Part shown: in pieces, positions 59,507 through 64,000 of the stretch
Position numbering within the stretch: the stretch's first letter is position 1
How the letters are laid out: the number at the start of each line of letters is the position of its first letter
DNA from: Dehalococcoidia bacterium
GTDB taxonomy: Bacteria; Chloroflexota; Dehalococcoidia; Plut-88900
Direction of reading: 5' to 3'
Length of the DNA stretch: 64,000 nt
Assembly: GCA_965197585.1 (NCBI GenBank)
Contig: OZ240215.1
Location: forward strand, 1,472,001 to 1,536,000
Translations under genes and position numbers: made by a program
Notes under the pieces: generated by a model
What the model was told of the DNA's origin: nothing
The model's input: the letters and a program-made list of their open reading frames with translations, nothing else
Database searches by the model: none

Positions 59507-60691
59507 TCACAGGCTCGCCAACGCCTGTCCCAGGTCCGACTCGATGTCCTCCGCCGACTCTATCCCGCAGGACATCCGGATCAGCCCGCCGTAGATTCCA
59601 ACCTCCTCCCGCTCCCCCTCCGTCAAAGACCTGTGCGACGTCTTCGCCGGGTGCGAAACCGTCGTGCACGTCTCCCCCAGGCTCGCCGCGAACCTGATCA
59701 TCTTCAAAGACCGTATGAACTTCGACGCCGCCTCCACCCCTCCCCTCAGCTCGAACGACACCATGCTCCCGAAACCACCCTCCAACGTCGACTTCGCCAA
59801 CTCATGCTGCGGGTGACTGTCCAGACCCGGATAGTGAACGGCCGCCACCGCCGCGTGCCCCGACAGATATTCCGCCGCCCTCGTGGCATTTTCGCAAGTG
59901 CGAGCCACCCTCAATGGCAGCGTCCGAATCCCCCGTACGATTAACCACGCTGCAAACGGGTCCAACGTACTTCCCCACACCCTGTTCGACTGCCGTATCG
60001 ACGCCATCGCCTCGAACCTCCCCGCCGCCACCCCTCCCATCACGTCCGAGTGTCCGCCTAACAGCTTCGTTGCACTGTGGATTGTCACGTCCGCGCCCAA
60101 TTCCAGGGGCCGCATCAGCAGTGGCGTCGCCAGCGTGTTGTCCACTACCACCTGCACGCCCCTCTCACCCGCCAACCGGGCAATCCCCTCCACGTCCGTC
60201 AGCCGGAGCAGAGGGTTCGTTAACGACTCGACGAGAATGACCTTAGGCAACCGCTCTAAAGCCCGCTCAACCAGCCCCAGGTCCGTCACATCCACGAGCT
60301 CCACCCGAACCCCGAGCCTCGGCAGATGTTGCCTCAGCAGCAGGTTCGTACCTCCGTACAACACGTCCCCCGCCAAAACCGTGTCCCCAGCCTCTGCCAT
60401 CGAAAGCAGCGTGTTACCGATCGCCCCCATCCCCGAGGCAAACGCCACCGCATCGTCGGCATTCTCCAGCTCCGCCACGACCCTTTCCAGGTTCTCCACG
60501 TTGGGGTTTCCATCTCGGGAGTAGATAAAGCCGTCTTTGTTTCCCGCATAGATGTCGTCCAGCAATTCCAGGCTTTCGACCTCGAAGACGGATCCCTGGT
60601 AAATGGGCGCCATCAAGGGCCTCGTCGCCGACTCCACGTCCCTCCCCGCCGACGCGCATATACTCTCCACCGACCGCCTCTTGCCGTTCAC
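59507..60691 (-). CDS. PLP-dependent trans-sulfuration enzyme (cystathionine gamma-synthase/methionine gamma-lyase family)
   Basis: YSRDGNP, FASGMGAI, YGGT, VDNT, HSATKLLGGHSD, SLGE, RMSCGIE; start uncertain. Confidence 0.88.
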   Translation of the reverse strand: MNGKRRSVESICASAGRDVESATRPLMAPIYQGSVFEVESLELLDDIYAGNKDGFIYSRDGNPNVENLERVVAELENADDAVAFASGMGAIGNTLLSMAEAGDTVLAGDVLYGGTNLLLRQHLPRLGVRVELVDVTDLGLVERALERLPKVILVESLTNPLLRLTDVEGIARLAGERGVQVVVDNTLATPLLMRPLELGADVTIHSATKLLGGHSDVMGGVAAGRFEAMASIRQSNRVWGSTLDPFAAWLIVRGIRTLPLRVARTCENATRAAEYLSGHAAVAAVHYPGLDSHPQHELAKSTLEGGFGSMVSFELRGGVEAASKFIRSLKMIRFAASLGETCTTVSHPAKTSHRSLTEGEREEVGIYGGLIRMSCGIESAEDIESDLGQALASL

Positions 60692-60916
60692 TGCATTTGC
60701 CCTTTCTACCTTGAGTCCTCCCTGAACCCTAGTGCCCAGCCTAGGCAAGATGCCCAGGCTCCGCTCCCTTGAGGATACTATTTCGTAATCGTCATTCCGA
60801 GGCTCCGCGAGGAATCTGGGGAGAGGTCTTATCCCCTCTCCCTCGATGGGAGAGGGCTAGGGTGAGGGTGTTCCGATGCTTACAATCAACATGACGCAAA
60901 CCTAAGCCCCCCTACC

Positions 60917-62191
60917 CTACCCCACCCCCAACACCCGCCGATACAGCAGCAGATTGTCCCTCAACACCCGAGTAATCAGAAAATTCTCCCTCACATGCTC
61001 CCGAGCCTGTCGCCCCATTTCCTCCGCCATTGCCGAGTCCTGCAAAACACGCAACGCCCTATCCGCACACTCCTCCGTCGACTCAATAAGAAATCCGGTC
61101 TTGCCATCCAGTACCTGAAGCGTCAGCCCACCCGCCCGACCCGCGATCACCGGCTTCCCGTGCCACAGCGACCCCGTCGCGCTCAGCCCGAACCCCTCCC
61201 TCGTCGACTTCTGTACCATCACCCGCGCCAGGGTCTGCACAGCGTTCACCTCCCTGTCCGTCATCCCCTTGAAGTTCGTGATCAGGTGGACGTCCGGGTC
61301 CTCCCCTGCGCGCCGGGCCGTCTTCTCGAAGAACCCGAGACCCTCAGGATCATCCGCTGCCGTCGGCCCTATCATTATCAGCTGGATCCCGGGTACCTGC
61401 TCCTTCACCAGCCGATAAGCATCCACGACACCCAACGGGTCCTTCCAAGGGTCGAACCTCGACACCTGCGCCATAATCGGCCTCTCCGGGTCGACCCCGA
61501 AGGGTTCCAACACCCGCGCTGCCTCAATCCATGTCAAAGGCACATTCTTCTCGTCCAGTGGATCGATCCCCGGCGCCGAGACCACCGCAGTCGGCCCTCC
61601 ATACCCCCCGATGATGAACTCCTCCATGCTGAACTCCGCGGCATCATACAGCCGGATGTAGTCCTGGATGTTGGCCCACACGTCGGGTTGAGCGTCCGTA
61701 AGGTCGATATGGCACCGCCATATCCACTTCGTTTCGCTGCCGCGACAGTCTCCCAGGAAGTGCAGAATGGGCGCAGGTTGAGGATCGTGGACGAAGACGA
61801 TGTCGTATTCCGCGTACAGGTCTCGGGCGTTCCTCCGGTTGTATTCCAGCCACGTTTCCCACATATCCGCCGTCCACTCAACCCGCTTCCCCTGCAGGCT
61901 GTTGTGCATGCTCTTGGTCACGTCGAAGAACGGCGCCTCACCCCTGATCGTCCGCCACTCCGCCTCGACACCCACGTCGTTCAAAAGTGGAATCAGCGCC
62001 TCGAAGATATCTGCGACACCCCCGCCGCTCGGCGAGGAGTTGAGGTGCAGGACCGTCTTGCCCTTTAGCCCGGCAGCCAGCTCCCGAATCTCCTCCACAG
62101 GCCCCGGCCCCGTGACCGCCGCGTAATCTTTCAGCCGCCTGTGGCCCACCTCCCTCACCGGCAGGCTCGTCTTCCTGGTCTTCTCTGTCAC
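60917..62191 (-). CDS. treT: Trehalose synthase TreT-like GT4 glycosyltransferase
   Basis: HLNS...GGGVA, FFDVTKSMHNSLQG, HDPQP, WRCHID, QVSRFDPWKDP, QKSTREGFGL. Confidence 0.85.
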   Translation of the reverse strand: MTEKTRKTSLPVREVGHRRLKDYAAVTGPGPVEEIRELAAGLKGKTVLHLNSSPSGGGVADIFEALIPLLNDVGVEAEWRTIRGEAPFFDVTKSMHNSLQGKRVEWTADMWETWLEYNRRNARDLYAEYDIVFVHDPQPAPILHFLGDCRGSETKWIWRCHIDLTDAQPDVWANIQDYIRLYDAAEFSMEEFIIGGYGGPTAVVSAPGIDPLDEKNVPLTWIEAARVLEPFGVDPERPIMAQVSRFDPWKDPLGVVDAYRLVKEQVPGIQLIMIGPTAADDPEGLGFFEKTARRAGEDPDVHLITNFKGMTDREVNAVQTLARVMVQKSTREGFGLSATGSLWHGKPVIAGRAGGLTLQVLDGKTGFLIESTEECADRALRVLQDSAMAEEMGRQAREHVRENFLITRVLRDNLLLYRRVLGVG

Positions 62192-62301
62192 CTGGATCTC
62201 CTCGTGGGCTTCGCACAAGACGAGGCGCTCGCCTTTGCCGCGAGCGCCTCCCCTGCAGTCCCGTCTTCTTTTATTTTGCTTATGTCGACTCGTTTGCTAT
62301 G

Positions 62302-62721
62302 TCAGGCTGGATGGAATACCAGGCTCTTCTTTGCCCCTTCTCCCTCACCCTCCTCTTTGAACCCAGCCATAACCTGCATCCCAATCGACACCGCACCCGG
62401 GTCCGCCGCATCGAACCCATCAAGCATAGCTGTGATGCCGGGTCCTTCTTCGGTCTGGACTACCGCACTCAAATACGGCTTGTCCCGACCGTAACCCTTG
62501 GCCGCCATGCCCGTCGGCACGATGGTAATGGCAGTGAACCCGATAATCTTGCCCTTGCCGCTCAGCTCTTTCCAACCCATGTCCGTGCCGTGGCACTCGG
62601 GGCAAACGGGCCGGGGAGGCAGGTACAGGATGTCGCACTTCTCACAGCGGGAAGCCATCAGCTTCCCTTCGGAGACGTGCTGGTTGTAGCTGGAAATCGT
62701 AAAGTCGCTTTGCTCCATCAT
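62302..62721 (-). CDS. DUF35 Zn-ribbon/OB-fold protein (thiolase partner)
   Basis: RCEKC...LPPRPVCPEC, SGKGKI, PY; overlaps the thiolase stop codon. Confidence 0.88.
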   Translation of the reverse strand: MMEQSDFTISSYNQHVSEGKLMASRCEKCDILYLPPRPVCPECHGTDMGWKELSGKGKIIGFTAITIVPTGMAAKGYGRDKPYLSAVVQTEEGPGITAMLDGFDAADPGAVSIGMQVMAGFKEEGEGEGAKKSLVFHPA

Positions 62722-63998
62722 GATTTTCGCTCCATGATGTGCACCGCACAGGTCCCGCCCGTGCCCCCGACATTATGCGTGAGCCCCAACCTTAGGTCCT
62801 TGTCCTTCAATTGCCTGTCACCGGCTCGTTCGGTAAGCTGCATCCACATCTCAAGCACTTGCCCTGCGCCCGTGGCCCCTACCGGATGGCCCTTCGACTT
62901 CAGTCCGCCCGACACGTTCACCGTGCAGGGCGCTTCACGAGAAGTCTGCCCTTCGGCTGCGGCGAATGCGCCCTTGCCCGGCTCGAACAGCCCAATGTCC
63001 TCGATCCCGATGATCTCGGCGATGGTGAAGCAATCGTGCACTTCCGCCATGTCTAGGTCGCTTGGCGAGATGCCGGCCATTTCAAAGGCTTGGCGCGCGG
63101 CAATCCGCGCCGATGGTATCGAAGTGATGTCTCCGGCCCATGTCGCCAGGGGGCCGGCGCTGGCCTGCGCGGTCGCAACTACGCTTACAACTTCATCGGT
63201 GTACTCCCGAGCCACGTCCTCCGCAGCCAGGATTATGCAGGCCGCGCCGTCGGTAACGGGCGAGCAGTCGAATAGGTGAAGCGGAGATGCCACCTGTGGG
63301 TTGGCCCGGGGGTCGTTCAGGAATTCGAACTCATCTGTCCATGTGGGCACCGGCCTGCCTCGCTTTGCCGCACTTGCCTTCCGCCTCTCCATGAAGTCGG
63401 CAATCGACACGTTGAACTGTGCCTTCGGGTTAAGCGCCCCGTTTCGATGGTTCTTGATCGCCACGTGCATCAGGTGTTCGCGCGTCGCCCCATACCTGTC
63501 CAGATACGCCGACCCCATCGCCGCGTATAGGCCCGGGAACGTGAACTGCGCCTGGTCCAACTCCATCGGCACATCACTGGCCGCTGCCAGGGCGTCCTGG
63601 ACCTCTTCGGTGGCAAGAGAAGTCATCTTCTCCGTCCCTCCCACCAGCACAACGTCATACATCCCTGAGGCTATAGCCATGATGCCTTCACGGAATGCCA
63701 ACCCACTGCTCGCACAGGCTCCTTCCACCCTTGTAGCGGGTCTTGGCGCGAGTCCTACCCAGTCCGCCATCAGGTGGCCAAGGTGTCCCTGCCCTTCGAA
63801 CAGGTCCGCAGAGAAGTTGCCGACGTAGAGGGCCTCAATGGCCTCCGGGTCAATCCCCTTGCTCACGGAGCCGATGGCCTCGGAGTAAGCCTCTCCGAAA
63901 AGGTCTCGGGTGGTCTTCTCGGCAAAGGCCCCGAACTTCGACATGCCTCCACCTATTATGCTGACACCCCGCCCCAGCTTTCGTTTCTTGGCCGCCAT
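62718..63998 (-). CDS. Thiolase-family protein (SCP2/archaeal-type acetyl-CoA acetyltransferase)
   Basis: EGACASS, KNHRNGALNP, DCSPVTDGAA, EVHDCF, NVSGGLKSKGHPVGATG, HNVGG. Confidence 0.9.
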   Translation of the reverse strand: MAAKKRKLGRGVSIIGGGMSKFGAFAEKTTRDLFGEAYSEAIGSVSKGIDPEAIEALYVGNFSADLFEGQGHLGHLMADWVGLAPRPATRVEGACASSGLAFREGIMAIASGMYDVVLVGGTEKMTSLATEEVQDALAAASDVPMELDQAQFTFPGLYAAMGSAYLDRYGATREHLMHVAIKNHRNGALNPKAQFNVSIADFMERRKASAAKRGRPVPTWTDEFEFLNDPRANPQVASPLHLFDCSPVTDGAACIILAAEDVAREYTDEVVSVVATAQASAGPLATWAGDITSIPSARIAARQAFEMAGISPSDLDMAEVHDCFTIAEIIGIEDIGLFEPGKGAFAAAEGQTSREAPCTVNVSGGLKSKGHPVGATGAGQVLEMWMQLTERAGDRQLKDKDLRLGLTHNVGGTGGTCAVHIMERKS

Positions 63999-64000
63999 TG

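Overview
A 64 kb GC-rich bacterial chromosomal segment with a strongly C-rich + strand. The many luciferase-like monooxygenases, amidohydrolases and enolase-superfamily enzymes suggest Chloroflexota/Dehalococcoidia (SAR202-like); this is an inference. It is mostly catabolic: a tandem tungsten aldehyde oxidoreductase operon, two B12-dependent acyl-CoA mutase large subunits (one with isobutyryl-CoA and one with methylmalonyl-CoA specificity residues) with only one small subunit, paired phosphotriesterase-family genes, divergent MetE-core genes, larA-ppdK, nfo, treT, thiolase/DUF35, a single-chain restriction-modification enzyme and tRNA-Gly(TCC). The most notable signals are non-coding or missed by the ORF track: (1) a ~430 nt highly structured, apparently pseudoknotted RNA candidate upstream of tRNA-Gly that I cannot assign to a known class; (2) an IS110 element whose bridge-RNA guide segments can be read directly and match a host REP-like repeat, and an IS481 inserted in another copy of that repeat; (3) a UGA-recoded UGSC-motif selenoprotein with a SECIS-like hairpin and an uncharacterised partner gene; (4) a family of fixed-geometry hairpins with variable arm sequence; (5) three orphan antitoxins. 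All calls were made by eye, with no database search.
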